From Octopus sinensis (Eukaryota): a stretch of DNA of 64,000 nucleotides. Where the stretch lies: positions 18,414,001-18,478,000 of the forward strand of contig NC_043014.1 of assembly GCF_006345805.1 (NCBI RefSeq), read 5' to 3'. This document shows, piece after piece, positions 37,419 through 50,982 of the stretch (position 1 is the first letter of the stretch; every line of letters starts with the position of its first letter). The position numbers were made by a program, and so were the translations under genes. The notes under the pieces are model-generated. The model was given only the letters and a program-made list of their open reading frames with translations, was not told the DNA's origin and did not search any database.

Positions 37419-37663
37419 GTGTATGTATGTATGTATGTATGTATGTATGTATGTATGTATGTATGTATGTATGTATGTATGTATGTGTGTATGTATGTAT
37501 GTATGTATGCATGTATGCATATAATTATTACTATTATATTTTTCTTGCAGTGAATGTTTCAAAACCAAATGCATATGTTTTTACCTTTTGATGGTTCCGG
37601 GAAGAACAATTTCAACAAAGAGAGTAATTCAGCTTATGAAGGAAAACATCTTGGTTCCTTAAT

Positions 37664-37720
<57 letters not shown>

Positions 37721-38142
37721 CTGATGTTACTACTGATGATGATAATGATAATAATGATGATAATGAGATCATGTACTTGTGGTACATTATAAAAAAAATG
37801 TCTGTTTTTCGAAGAAACTTTCTATGAGAAGGAAAAAAATAAGATGTCCTCTTAGTAGGTGAGCCACTGAGTGTAAAGCGAATATCCTCCAACTCCTATG
37901 GATTAATTTTAATGCTAAGGGTATATGACTTCTTCCTGATGTGTTCTCGAGTCTAGGTTCGCAATCAGGCATTCAACTTATAGTCAACTGTCTCATCTAC
38001 AGCTAAAAACATACGCAAATGCTTTAGATTAAAAGCTTTATATTTTCTCAAAAAGTTAATGGACCTTTTGAAATCAAATTTGTTATAAGGCATCGGGATA
38101 CCACTTCCAAGCGGGGGAAAAAAAGAAAAAAAAAAATTAAAC

Positions 38143-38239
<97 letters not shown>

Positions 38240-38333
38240 TATGAACATATGCAACAAAAAAAAAAGAAATTTTGATGATTTTCTAAGAACGTTAAGATTC
38301 TTGAATCTTACTAACGACTGGATTTTACTGAAG

Positions 38334-38394
38334 ATGGCATCGGTTAAAACTCATTGTGGCTTTTGCGGTAAGAAGAAAGGAGTTCTTCCTGCAA
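38334..38394 (+). CDS. Candidate small coding exon MASVKTHCGFCGKKKGVLPA (phase 1)
   Basis: GAAGATGG start context and perfect CAA|GTAAGT donor; T-rich 149-nt putative intron to the CTTACAG acceptor at 38543. Confidence 0.25.
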
Positions 38395-40224
38395 GTAAGT
38401 ACCTTTTGTTGGATGTTTTCTGTTTGTTTAGTGTTTTAATATTTCTTTTATATTGTGAGATAGGAAAATTGGAAGGGTACCGGAGAAGATGTTTTGTGAT
38501 TTGTATTTAAGTTCTGTTCAGTTCTAGATTAAAGTTCTTACAGTTTGTATCGATGCATCCATTTCCAATGAGGAATTGGGGTCGATTCGCTAACCTGAAC
38601 TCTACCCTTAAGTATTTGGCTTGTATCACTGTCAGAAATCATTACTTGCTTCTGTTTTGAGTTAAAATCTTCCTGAGATCAACTTCACCTTTCATATTTA
38701 TGGGAACAGCAAATCAACTAACTGGCAGCTAGCACTTGGGTACTTGGGAGTATGTTTGATAGACAATCACCAGGTTTCATATATGTAATATAATTAATTT
38801 AAAAACATCGATCAAGTCAGACTATCTAAGTAATTAGTGGAGAACAACCCATTCTAGTTTAATTTAAATTATAAAACAAAAATAAAAACAAAAATTACAG
38901 TCAAGTATACAGATAACTCCAATAATAGTCGAACATTTTGGACAATACAGGCGATGCAAATTTAAATGGAACTGGTTTTAAAGCCATCCGTTAAAATCAA
39001 GCACGCTAACCGTAAACATCGCATCATTTCTTATATGCAGAGAATCAGGTCTACATTATCAATCATGTGTTTTCGTAAGGCAGTTGAGGGAATGTGGCTG
39101 TTATTTGCAGTAGGTCCAACGAAATATTAAATGTTGCCAAACCCTTGAAGAAATGCATTGTGTAGAACATGATGTATGGAGTGCTCGCGTGAAATCCTCT
39201 GAAGCGTCAGGGAAGACGGCCAAACTACAAAACTAAACTAAAACTTAACTAACTACCAGTAAAACCCTTTATTTCTCTAATCCTCAATGTATCTCTTCTT
39301 CCAAATTTCACACAGAAAAGCACTTACTCCTAATATTTTCCCCATCGAGACTTCAACTCTGTGAATTTCTTTCATTGCCTGTACATTTTAGGCAAACATT
39401 AACCAACCAATTTTCTGGTTGAACACCAAATATAAAATGACTTCAATCTGGAAACTCATGCAAATATTGTCATAGACACAACCCTTTCTGGTTTGGCTAA
39501 CTTATAAATGAAAGAGAGAGAGGGGGGGGGGTTAAGATATAAAGATGAAGAGGTAGAGGTAAATAGCGTGTAAAGAGAGACATGGAGGGAGAGAAAAGGA
39601 TTGTTATGGATAGAGTGGGATAGAGTGAGGCAGAGAAGGAGAGAGATAGGGGGAAAGAGGGGAAGAAAGGGGTAGAGAAGGTGGGGGAGGTAGTGAGAAT
39701 GACAGACAGGGACAGAAATAGAAAGATAGATAGTGAGAGAGAGGGAGGAAGAGAGATGGATAGAGAGGGAGACAGGTAGAGAGAAAGAGGGAAAGATAGT
39801 AGAAATACTGCATTTTTGTACAAATAAGAAAGAATCGCTGCGCATGATATAAAGCATTGGCCGGGAGACATGGGAAGAGACTGAAAAACAGCAAAGGTAG
39901 TGAGATGCATGTAACAGGAGAAAGAAAAGAAAACGAATAACGGAAGGAAAAAGAAATTGCAAGACGATCAAAGCATGAGCTATTGCACTGAAGAAAGAAA
40001 AGGAGTGAACGGGCGAGATTTAAAACCGTACATGCTGGGGAAACGAAAGGTAGAAAAAATACACACAGACATACATGCGTATGTATGTATGTATGTATGT
40101 ATGTATGTATGTATGTATGTATGTATGTATGTATGTATGTATATATTATATATATATATATAAATATATGTATGTATATATATCTATATCTATATCTATC
40201 TATCTATCTATCTATCTATCCATC

Positions 40225-40287
<63 letters not shown>

Positions 40288-40586
40288 CTTAGGATGTACG
40301 TAGTTACACACGCACAACACACAAAATACCTGAACAGAAGATGATACTCGCCAAATGTGCAGCGCGGTAGAATCGAACCCAAACAACCAGCTTTCGAAGC
40401 AATGTTCGCAAACAGTACGGCGATGGTAGGTTCATGATAGGAACCGTAGTTACTGTTATAAAAACAATCATTAAAACACTGAAATTATTCTATAATTACA
40501 CTACAAAATAGCAAATCCTATTGCTATTCCACCTTTATAAATCTTCTTATTTATAATTTTATGCATAATTTACAAAAATTGATTTA

Positions 40587-40770
40587 AAATTTTGGCACAA
40601 GGCCAGTAATTTCGGGGGAAGGGGTAAGTCGACTAGGTCGACCCCTAATGTTCAACTGGTACATATTTTATTGACCCCGAAAGAATGAAAGGCAAAGTCG
40701 AGGTCGGCGGAATTTGAATTAGAAAACTTAACGGTAGCCGAAATGCCGCTAAGCATTTTCTCCGGCGTAA
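40587..40770 (-). mobile_element. SINE, second family (GGCGGCGAGCTGGCAGAA-head type)
   Basis: Reverse complement of the 48833-49040 copy (GAATGAAAGGCAAAGTCGAGGTCGGCGGAATTTGAA). Further decayed copies near 18880, 19560, 20240, 30630, 56940, 59811, 60362 and 60880. Confidence 0.85.
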
Positions 40771-40902
40771 CATAGCGACATTATGTCGAAGATTTTAGAT
40801 TACGGAACAAGTTTGTTTGAAGTGTGTAACGCACAAACACGTTTCGTATGAAGTACAATAATATAGACGGGGCTGCTGCCGCCGCTGCTGCTGCTGCTGC
40901 TT

Positions 40903-40960
<58 letters not shown>

Positions 40961-41374
40961 GACTACGACTACGACTACTACTACTACTACTACTACTTGG
41001 ATATGAAGGAGACGATCGATAAAGTGAATTGCATAATTCTGACTGAATTACAAACACTTGTGATAAATGCACAAGCCACAATTATTGGTAGCTGCGGCAA
41101 TGAACTATTGTGATAATGTCAATATAAGTCCCAGGATACAAACTGAAAATAATAACAACAACAATAACAATACAAATAATGAAACCAAAACTGTTATATA
41201 TTAATTCTTAATTATATTTACTTAGTAATTAGGCGTAGTAACGATTTATAGTGACATTTGACATTTGACAAAGGATAGATTAATATTACTGTTTGTTGCC
41301 AAGTTTATACTGAGAATGGGCAAGAGAAATCTTTTAATTACACAGACATCTATAGAGAATATGATTTTATGAAT

Positions 41375-41420
<46 letters not shown>

Positions 41421-41439
41421 ACACACACACACACACACA

Positions 41440-41490
<51 letters not shown>

Positions 41491-42974
41491 ATGTGGAGGA
41501 GGTAGGTATGTTGAATTTTCTAATTAACCATCGATCAATAATCTTCCTTAGTGTTATATTCAAGTCTTCAAAACGATAATGATGTGCAGAATCGCTAACG
41601 TATTATTCGTAACCAACCATGAGTTCTTGGAGTATTTCTGCGAGTTTTTCTCCTAATTTGACATATGTCTGCATATAAGCTATGCTCCGACTAATTTAAA
41701 TATCGAAATCATATACACGGCACTATACAATTTGAACTATCAAAACAAGTGCTTGATTCTGTTGACACAACAACTTTCATGACGTCTGTAATAAACCAAG
41801 GCGTTACTTTTAGTATTACTGCCTTCCTTTTCGTAGAGAGACCCACGAAGAAATGTTGAAGCACACTCAGGACTGCTCAACATGGCAACGATGTCGTCTG
41901 CAATTGACCAATGGGTATACGAAATTCATTAGAATTACTGTAGCTTCGCTTCCCTCACACATCTACATATCCAAAGTTGATCTTATTAAACCTACGTTGA
42001 TAAATTTTGTTACATACTGTTTAGAATGAAGGATCTGACACTACATACGTGCATCTGGTTAACTTAGTATCAGACCATTGGCCATCAGTTTATTCCACGT
42101 TCTACACAACTTGTGTTAAACCTGCAAACTGACTGAAGATGGTTCCTTGTGTTACACAATTTACGTATTTTTTCATGTGGGTCATTACCTTGTAATCCAT
42201 GAAAGTTTATACCCACAAAATTCACACTTAAATGCATATTTATTTTGGTTATATTAAAGACGTAAACATCGATGATTTCAGCTTCTATTTCATGAGAAAT
42301 CTCGCTTCACTTGAACCGGAAAATCAGTTCGTATTGTTTTATGAACAAACATCCCCATTTCATGCAACAAGATCGACTGACATGTTATATAGGAGATCTG
42401 GTGTATACCTTCAATGAGCCTCGGTTGTATTACTTCTTAACTTTGGTTAACATTATAAAAATCGAGTAAATGACAAAACGAAAAATCTACAATTCTTGAT
42501 GCACGACATAAATTTGGTTCACTTCCTAATGATGCACTTCTTTTCACGCCACAAATTAAATCATAGTCTTTCGTATCTTGTCCATGTCCACACATTGCTT
42601 TAGATGATGCAACAGCTTCAGTATAACCTCAATAACAAGCTTCGATACAAATAGAATTTTGCTTGAGATGGCAGCGAAGCATCTTAATAATACTTCAACA
42701 AAGTCAGAAAGAATCAGCAACGGTTCAGATATTGTCCATATAAAATATAATTTGTTATGAGCTATGTTGTGTGTGTGTGTGTTTTCTTAGCCATTCATGC
42801 TACAATAGCGACAGTTTAAATTTCTTCCATATTCTTGCTCTGTTAAAATGTTTAAGAAAAATTATATTAATGTATTTTGCCTGTGGAAGTTCCATATTTT
42901 TTGTGCAGCTGAAGATAGCGCTGTATTTTAATTGATGTAATATTTGCATTGTTCAATTAAATAGAGCCGCTTGT

Positions 42975-43470
42975 TCCAATGACATTCTTCGTCGCTCTGA
43001 GGAGCGCGATGTCATCGGTGAAGTCGATGTCTGTCAGGCGCCCCGACCCACACCACGGAATCCCAAATCCGCGTTGGCGCACTGCCTCACGCATGACGAA
43101 GTCGATCGCCATAAGATATAGGAGAGGGGATAGCATGCACCCTTGCCGTACATCGGTCTCAATGGCAAAGAAGTCGGTGTAGCCCGTCTCCGTTCGAACG
43201 CAGCACCAAGACTCGCAGTAAAGGCTCCAAATGGCGTCGATGAAACGCTCAGGAATGCCGAAGTCACGAGCGATTCACCACAACGAACTTCGGTGTATAC
43301 TGTCGAATGCCTTGAGAAAATCAATGAAAATGATTGATTGCCGTTGCTGATATTTAAGGCTTTGTTCGATAAAGTCACGCAACGTGAAAATTTGTTCATT
43401 GCACGAACGTCCGCATCGAAAACCGGCTAGTGCTTTTCGGAGCCTCTCATCCACCGCCCGCTTAAATTCC
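42975..43470 (-). pseudogene. RTE LINE reverse transcriptase core fragment
   Basis: AGFRCGRSCNEQIFTLR..IEQS..YQ....IIFIDFLKAFDSIHR..LW, VRQGC, LTDIDFTDDIALL. Confidence 0.92.
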
Positions 43471-43872
43471 TCTGTTTTAGTCTGGAGGACTATAATAAAC
43501 TAGAGGGAGCTAAGAACTGATCCCTGGTGGATTCCTACTTGTACACTAAATTCCTTGCTATACGGTAATGTTCTCTGGATTATATATATTAGCAATAGTT
43601 ATAACCAGATTGAATATGCAGACTTATTCATCTTTGGAATGTATTTCCCCTTATTTTACAATTTTATATTCCATATTATGATGGGCTTTATGACCTATGT
43701 GTGTTTTCCGTAATCTGCGCAATGGAAACGGGTTTAGGTCACAAGCACCATAATAAATACGGTATATAAAATTATAAAATAAGAGGAAATAAGTTCCGAG
43801 AATGTGCAAGTCTCTATATTCTATATCGTTATAATTATTGCTAACATACATACAAGCAGAGAGAGATACATG

Positions 43873-43955
<83 letters not shown>

Positions 43956-44020
43956 CATACATACATATATATACATACATACATATATATACATACATAA
44001 ATACATAGATATATATACAT

Positions 44021-44104
<84 letters not shown>

Positions 44105-44118
44105 GCATGTGTGAGTGT

Positions 44119-44398
44119 GTAATTTGTGAACGGGGTGAGGGGTCTATTCACCAGTTTGAGATCCACTTATCTTGCAACAGTTAATGATATATAGGCGCAG
44201 GCGTGGTTGTACATTAAGAACTTTGCTTTCCAGCCACACGGTTGTCGGTTCAGTCCCACTGCATGACATCATACGCAAGTGGGCTGAAACTGTGTGGCTG
44301 GAAAGCAAAGTTCTTACCGTAGAACCACACCGCGCCTATATATCATTAACTGTTGCAAGGTAAGTGGATCTCAAACCCTCGCTCTGTTCACAAATTAC
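44119..44398. repeat. 280-bp fold-back inverted duplication containing two convergent SINE heads
   Basis: Arms share GAGATCCACTTA(T/C)CTTGCAACAGTTAATGATATATAGGCGC (40/41) and an identical TAAGAACTTTGCTTTCCAGCCACAC; loop ~44261-44277. Confidence 0.92.
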
Positions 44399-45834
44399 TG
44401 AAAGTTTTAACCCCAGTTTTCTTTAAATGAGTCTAGAAAAAGAGTTTGCATAGATTTATTCTGCATAGTAGAAGGCAACTGCAAATCGCTAATTTTGTCA
44501 AATATGGGATTTTATTCGATCGCTCTTTAAGTCCTCCCTTAGTTCAGTTCAACTCGTCAAGGGGGAGCATGCTTTCATATCTTCCTAGTCTTATGAACGT
44601 ATGATACTGCTGTTTTAAGTCACCCAACTAGGAATGTATGTGTGTGTGTGTGCGCGCGCGCGCGCGCGCGTGTGTGTGTTGTGTTGTGTGCGTTTGCAAT
44701 TTCGCTTCAGTTCATCCGGGGTAATTTCAAAACATTTCAAAACATGAAGCGCTTAGCATGAAATCTGTGTAAATTTTTATCTGTTAATAACAGATGCAAA
44801 TAAAGCTAGTTTCGGTTAACTAAATAAAAAAAAAAGAAAAGCAATATATACAACAATTTAAAGTAAAAATTGGTGAAATGTTGCATAAAATTGAACATTT
44901 ATTTAACTTGATTTGATATCAATGAAGTTATTCTGGCAGCCTTCGTTTCCATGATCAGTTAAATAACGATAGTCAATACGTCATGTTTGCAAACAACTGA
45001 TATCAAAAGAGTCAAATGTAGTCGACTTGTTTTTTGCCATTTCAATGAATTAAATATTATCGAAGTTCAGATTCTGCTGTAACCTTATCGAATTTTTAAC
45101 AGTATAATACTTTACTTCAATAAATAAATCTTCATTGTAGAAAACATTTGTAAACGAAAACAAAAAGATAATAATTTTGAATCCAGCGCTAAATGGTCGC
45201 TATTTTATTGTTTACATTATCGACTGCGTTTGCCTGTAGTTTAGTCATTAAATTCTTTTGCAACTCACTAAACGCTAGTTGTTATAAATTAAATAATTTA
45301 ATGTGTGCGAATGTATTTGTCGGAACAAAATGAATCAAGTTAATTGAAGAATACCAAAGGGGAATTGAAAAACCCCATATGGGACAAGTCAGACGAGTAT
45401 TGTGCCAATACACATCAATAGAAAGATTGGATTAGACGAAATGGAATATAAATAAATGGCGTAAACAAAGAGTAATGCAAGTAACACAAACATCCCGATT
45501 TATAATCGTATAAAAATATAGCATCCATACATGTGTTACCGAGGCAAGCTACGTTACTGTCGAAAATATACTGAAATCTCATCACCTACGACTTAAGTTA
45601 ATTGTATAAGGTTTCCAATCATTGAAGATCACCTTTTATTTTGATTTGACTGTGTACGTCTTTCTGCGTTTCTCTGTGTGTGTGTTTGTGTACCTCTGTA
45701 CTTGTGTAAATGTGCGGGTATGCACATGTTCAAACGCACGCACATATATGTCTACATATTTACACCCCCCACATACACGCGCACACACACAGGTGTGTGT
45801 ATGTATGTGTGTGTTTAATATATTACTTATTTAC

Positions 45835-46480
45835 CTAAGTTTTAAAATCATCTCTATCGAAATAATCACATTGCGCAGCAATACAGCGTTCTTGCATTTG
45901 GAAGTCGATTTCCGTAAGCGAGTCAGGCACCTTCTGTGAATCGTTCTGGTTCTCGGCAAATGTTAAAACTACGACCTTTGAACTGCACTTTCAACTTGAT
46001 GATGAGATGGAAGGCTGCAGGTACTAAATCTGTTAAATGAGGCGGGTGCAAAGCGATACTATGTCGTTTTTGGCGGGAAACTCATTAGTGAGAAAAGCTC
46101 TGTAAAGAATCCAATTGTTCGTGCTCCACAGATACGGTCACTTTAACCGAATGTATTCCCTGAAACGCTTCAAAACGTCGCAGTAAACTCTCGATTGACG
46201 GTCTGGCAACGTGGGACGAATTATCGATGCAAAATACCAAATCTCTGGGGGTGACGCTTGTGGCAAGCCTTCCAGATCGCTCCTCGTCGTCTTCTAGGGA
46301 ATTTTCTCCGCTTTTGAAGCGCCCGTGCCACTTGAAACACTGCGTACGAGCCGTTACCTCATTGTTATAAACTTGCCGAAGCATGCTCAATGTCTCCGTA
46401 GAAGACTTCCTAAGTTTAATGCAAAATTTCACGTTGGATCTTCGTTCCAACTTCCTGTCCATGACATGTGGACAAAGCTG
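45835..46480 (-). pseudogene. Internally deleted mariner remnant
   Basis: N-terminal RSNVKFCIKLRKSSTETLSML.QVY....ARTQCFKWHGRFKSGENSLEDDE.RSGR HTH; C-terminal KGRSF...QNDSQKV.DSLTEIDFQ...RCI remnant. Confidence 0.85.
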
Positions 46481-47208
46481 CGTGTCGTTCAATAATAGAT
46501 AAAAATAATAATAAAAAAAATACTCGTTAAGTACAGGACATCACAAACGAGTGGAAAATACTTAAAGACACGAGAGCTAAGTATAGGATAAAATACCCAA
46601 AACTTCACAATAAGTAAAGGACATCACCAGCGAATGAAAAATACGTAAACACATAACGAGAGACAAGTACGGGGAAAAATACCAAAAGAAATCTAACTCC
46701 TCAGTTGTAACTCCTCATTTTGTACTTTCAGTGACAAAACAGGAAAACTTCATAAGACAGCAAAGTTTACACACACACATATATATATAGATATGACAAC
46801 ATATTTAAACAAACATTTCTTTCTTTCTGGAAGCGTCGAATGTGTATCGTATCATACAGTAATATTTGGAACACAGGATAGCCGTGAAAACAACAGAAAG
46901 ACTGTAATATTTTACCCTTATTTGACGGAAAATGTTGAGTGCAATTGCTCGTTATTTGCAGTGGAGCGGATACTGAGACTCATACTTTCCAGTGTATAGC
47001 ATAAATGGCTAACACAATTTGCAGAAATGAATTGAAAATAAATTAAAAAGAAAGACAATTCGGATTGTCCTGTGACGGGTATTTGAATAAGAGGTATCTC
47101 TCATATGTGTATCTTAGTATGTCGTTGTTCTTTGTTTTTCAAATACATGCCACTTACTGCTGCTAGTTATTTCTCTTAAGCTCTTTTTGTTTTATTCATG
47201 GAAACATA

Positions 47209-48402
47209 ATCTTTATATATGTAAAACTGAGAATGTGTCTGTCTGTCTGTCTGTATGCCTGTCTGTCTGTCTGTGTGTTTCCCTAAAACTTGAGAACTAC
47301 ACGACTATTTTCATTCAAATTTCACACATGCCTTACTTAGGATCCGGGGAGTGTTATCGGCAAATATTTTTTTAACTTTTTGCCTAGGGCGAGCCCACAG
47401 CAATATTATATCCTCTCCACTACGATTCCCTAAAACTTGAGAACTACACAACCAATTCCATTCAAATTTTACACATGCCTTACTTAGGGTCCATGTAGTT
47501 TCATGGGCAAAAAAAATGTTCAACTTCTTGCCTAAAGCGAGCCCATAGCAATATCATATCTTCTCCACTATTTCAGTATTACGTGTTAAAAGTGAAACAA
47601 AAACGTTTCTCTATTTTATGTCAGATACTTTCACTTTAACAATAAAAATAATAATAACAATTGAATTATATATAGTAAGTAATAATTAAAATCAAACTAA
47701 TGTATAATATAATCGTAACATAACAAAAGTAAAAATAGCAATTGGTATAAAATTGCATCAATGACTTGAACTTGAATAAGTGGTTTCACATGAATGGGAA
47801 TAAATTAAAAATAAAATTATCGTGCAGAAATGGAATAGTCCAGATGGATAATAAAAAATTAAATTAAAGAAAAGACTATTGTCTATAAAGTATACAATGT
47901 AGAGAAAAAAGAAGATTAGAACACATGGAGGAAAGCACCTTCGAAAAGTGCCTTGGTGCAACTATGAAAGGTATCTAATCAGAGGCGGTAAATTCGCCAC
48001 AATAGAAGCAAGGTTCGAGTCAACGGAGCGTGCAAGGGAGTACTCGACTCGAACTTGCAAAGTGGAAATATTTTATTTTTACCTTTATATCTGGGACGTA
48101 GGACGTCCCGGAAAAAATTAAAAATTCCCCTTTCACTCAGAAGTAGAGGTAGGCTGGATTGTAGCCACACTTCTATACAAGAGGAAGGACAAGATACAAT
48201 TGATCGAAATTACAAGAGACGGGCTAACAATTCTAGTCTGTTATATATTTTGAGTATTGTTATCGCTAGCGATATCAAGATATAACTTTGTATTTTGTAT
48301 TTTATGTGTAGATGTATATATATAGATGTTCATGTAATATGTACACATATATATACATGCACTAGCACTATGACCCGGCAACGACGGGTCTTTAATGCTA
48401 GT
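47209..48402 (+). mobile_element. Helitron/Helentron-associated non-autonomous element (DINE/HINE-like)
   Basis: 5' ATCTTTATATAT then a (GTCT)n tract; 147-bp tandem duplication (47281, 47428); 3' hairpin GACCCGGCAACGACGGGTC (48372-48390) and terminal CTAGT. Confidence 0.7.
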
Positions 48403-48832
48403 CGGTTATAAAAGAAATCTATTCTGTTTTGAGTATGACTACTTCTCCTGTCTGTTACAAATAAGAATGCACAACTGCTGTACTGATGCCGCCTGTTGAA
48501 GTAGAAACATATACTAATGATTATCCTTTTGTTGTCAGATAATCGGACTCTCTTTTCTTCGAGAAAATTCTTGGTTATGGAGATTATCTCCCCTTCTTAT
48601 ATGGAGTCGGCACCAATAGCTGCCAACGGTTTCTTCTACTATTCCAAAAATCCAAGATAACTTTAAAAATCAAGAAATTATCGTATTTCATATATATTTA
48701 TTGATGATTGTTTTATATATATATACTTCGTTTTTGTATTTGTTTTGCAAGATTATTTATGTGAATTCGTGTGATAAAACAAATTTCGTTGTGTCTAGGG
48801 ACAGTCATCATGCCTATATTAACTCACGTACT

Positions 48833-49040
48833 AATGCGGCGAGCTGCCAGAAACGTTAGCGTGCCGGCGAAATGCTTAGCAGTCGTTCGTCTGTCTTTAT
48901 GTTCTGAGTTCAAATTCCGCCGGGTTTGGCTTTGCCTTTCATCATTTCGGAGTCGATAAATTAAGAACCAGTTCGGTTGATGTAATCGATTGGCCCTCCC
49001 TCACCAAAATTTTCGGGCCTTGTGCTTAAAGTAGAAAAGA
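48833..49040 (+). mobile_element. SINE, second family, with a perfect 17-bp TSD
   Basis: ATATTAACTCACGTACT at 48816-48832 and 49041-49057; B-box-like GAGTTCAAATTCC. Confidence 0.92.
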
Positions 49041-49274
49041 ATATTAACTCACGTACTGGTTTAATTCTACACCTTTATTAGTGAATTAGCTAAATATCCA
49101 ACTAACTAAACGATTGTTTGTTTAACTTGGTTAAACAGTAAGTCCTGTTTTAATAATTTTTTTTTGTCAAAGATCTGCCATTTGCAACATTTTCAATGAC
49201 TTTTCTCTTAAACCGTTGCGGAGGCCACATTTGTATGTCTGAGACGTTGTTGCGTGCCTGTGTGCGCGTGTCTA

Positions 49275-49284
49275 TGCATGTATG

Positions 49285-49318
<34 letters not shown>

Positions 49319-49320
49319 TG

Positions 49321-49354
<34 letters not shown>

Positions 49355-49368
49355 TGTATGTATGTATG

Positions 49369-49402
<34 letters not shown>

Positions 49403-49475
49403 TGTATGTATGTATGTATGTATGTATGTATGTATGTATGCATGTATGTATGTATGTATGTATGTATGTATGTAT
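49275..49475. repeat. (TGTA)n array
   Basis: Directly visible. Confidence 0.97.
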
Positions 49476-50062
49476 ACACACACATATGTTTATAAATATA
49501 TATGTATGCAGTTGAAATTAAAAAAACATAACGAAAGACGAAAATGGGTGTGAAAAACAACAACAGGTGTATTAGTTTAACACTCAGGAAGTGAGAAAGT
49601 CTTTTATGTTTCGAGCCTACGCACTTCAACAGAAAGGAACACTGAAATAAACAGAGAAGTAAAATTTAAAAAAAAGGTTTTATTGGATAAACTGGAAGCA
49701 AGGAAATGTATGGATTACAGTGTGTAAGTATATTGTTAAAAACCCCATTTGGAAATAAAAAGTCGAAAGTCTGCTTGTAAGAATCCAAGCCACATTAACT
49801 TTACACATGACAGGTTATCTACCATGGAATCAAATTATTTCTTCGAATTCTCTATCGCTTTTAGTAACTTTATTCTTGCCAGCTGCATTTGTACGTTGTT
49901 GACGTCTAAGATTTTATAAACTTCTAGGGCACATAAAATAATATATATACATATTTTGTAAATTATAATTATAGGCTTATAAGCGTTCACTGCGTACTGG
50001 CTACAAAAATAGTCAAATATTAGGGCATATAAGTCCTTGATGGAAATATATATATATATATA

Positions 50063-50112
<50 letters not shown>

Positions 50113-50472
50113 AGTACGCGCGGGAATTTCCATGGTAATTGTGCTGAAAGATTGCATCAACGTTCCCTCTAATTTCTTTCCCTTAGATTGATTTAAGAAC
50201 AAAAATTTAATAGTGTTGTGTAAACAAGCAAACAAGTGCGTATTCTGTATTGGAATAAGAAATAGAGACGAATGAAAATTTTGTAAATAATAATTATCAT
50301 TCCCACGCGTACAGTTATCCATTTTTGTTTTCCGTCGAGGTCTTACATGACCCAATATTACACTATTTTCTATAGCCGATACACTGTGATCGTATATAAG
50401 ATTTAAGCTTATAATTATATTTACAGAGTTTTCACTCCTCAGCGTTTCTTAAAAAAACGTAGAATATTATAT

Positions 50473-50871
50473 ACTAGCAGTATCACCCGGCGTTGCTCGG
50501 GTTTGTAAGGGAAATAACTATATAAGCATTTTTAGAGAGTTATAGCCAAAAATAGCAAAAAAATGCATTAAAAATTGAAAAAAAATTAAGGTAAATTTTT
50601 TTTTAAATCGTTGACTCATCGTAGACATTTTTAGAGAGTTACTTCCCTTATATAATGGCGAAAAAAATGCATTAAAATGGACAAATATGATGGTAATTTT
50701 TTTTTAAATCGTAGACTCATCGTAGACGCGCGCTAATACGCAGAAGGGCTCGATATGAATCACGACTATAAGATACCCAGTTTTGGTTAAACTGCACCGC
50801 AAAATATGGGAGTAGTTAGGAATCTAAATCGTAGGAGACAGACACACAACTTCACTCTTATATATAAAGAT
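50473..50871 (-). mobile_element. Helitron/Helentron-like non-autonomous element
   Basis: ACTAG terminus, CCCGGCGTTGCTCGGG hairpin, other end CAGACACAC...TTATATATAAAGAT; first ~110 bp nearly identical to 53549. Confidence 0.75.
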
Positions 50872-50982
50872 ATAAGCCACGTAGTTATATACACATACTT
50901 TGTTATATACACATTCTTAAAAGAAAATGTTATTTTGAACACAACATTTATAAAGAATAAAATATTTTTTGGTTTTTCTTAA

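Noticed and set aside
49600-49637. Hammerhead-like motif CTGTTGA-A-GTGC..GCTC-GAAAC on the minus strand
   Set aside because: Core position A6 is T and helix II has a mismatch. It is probably a PLE terminus, but a functional ribozyme is not supported.
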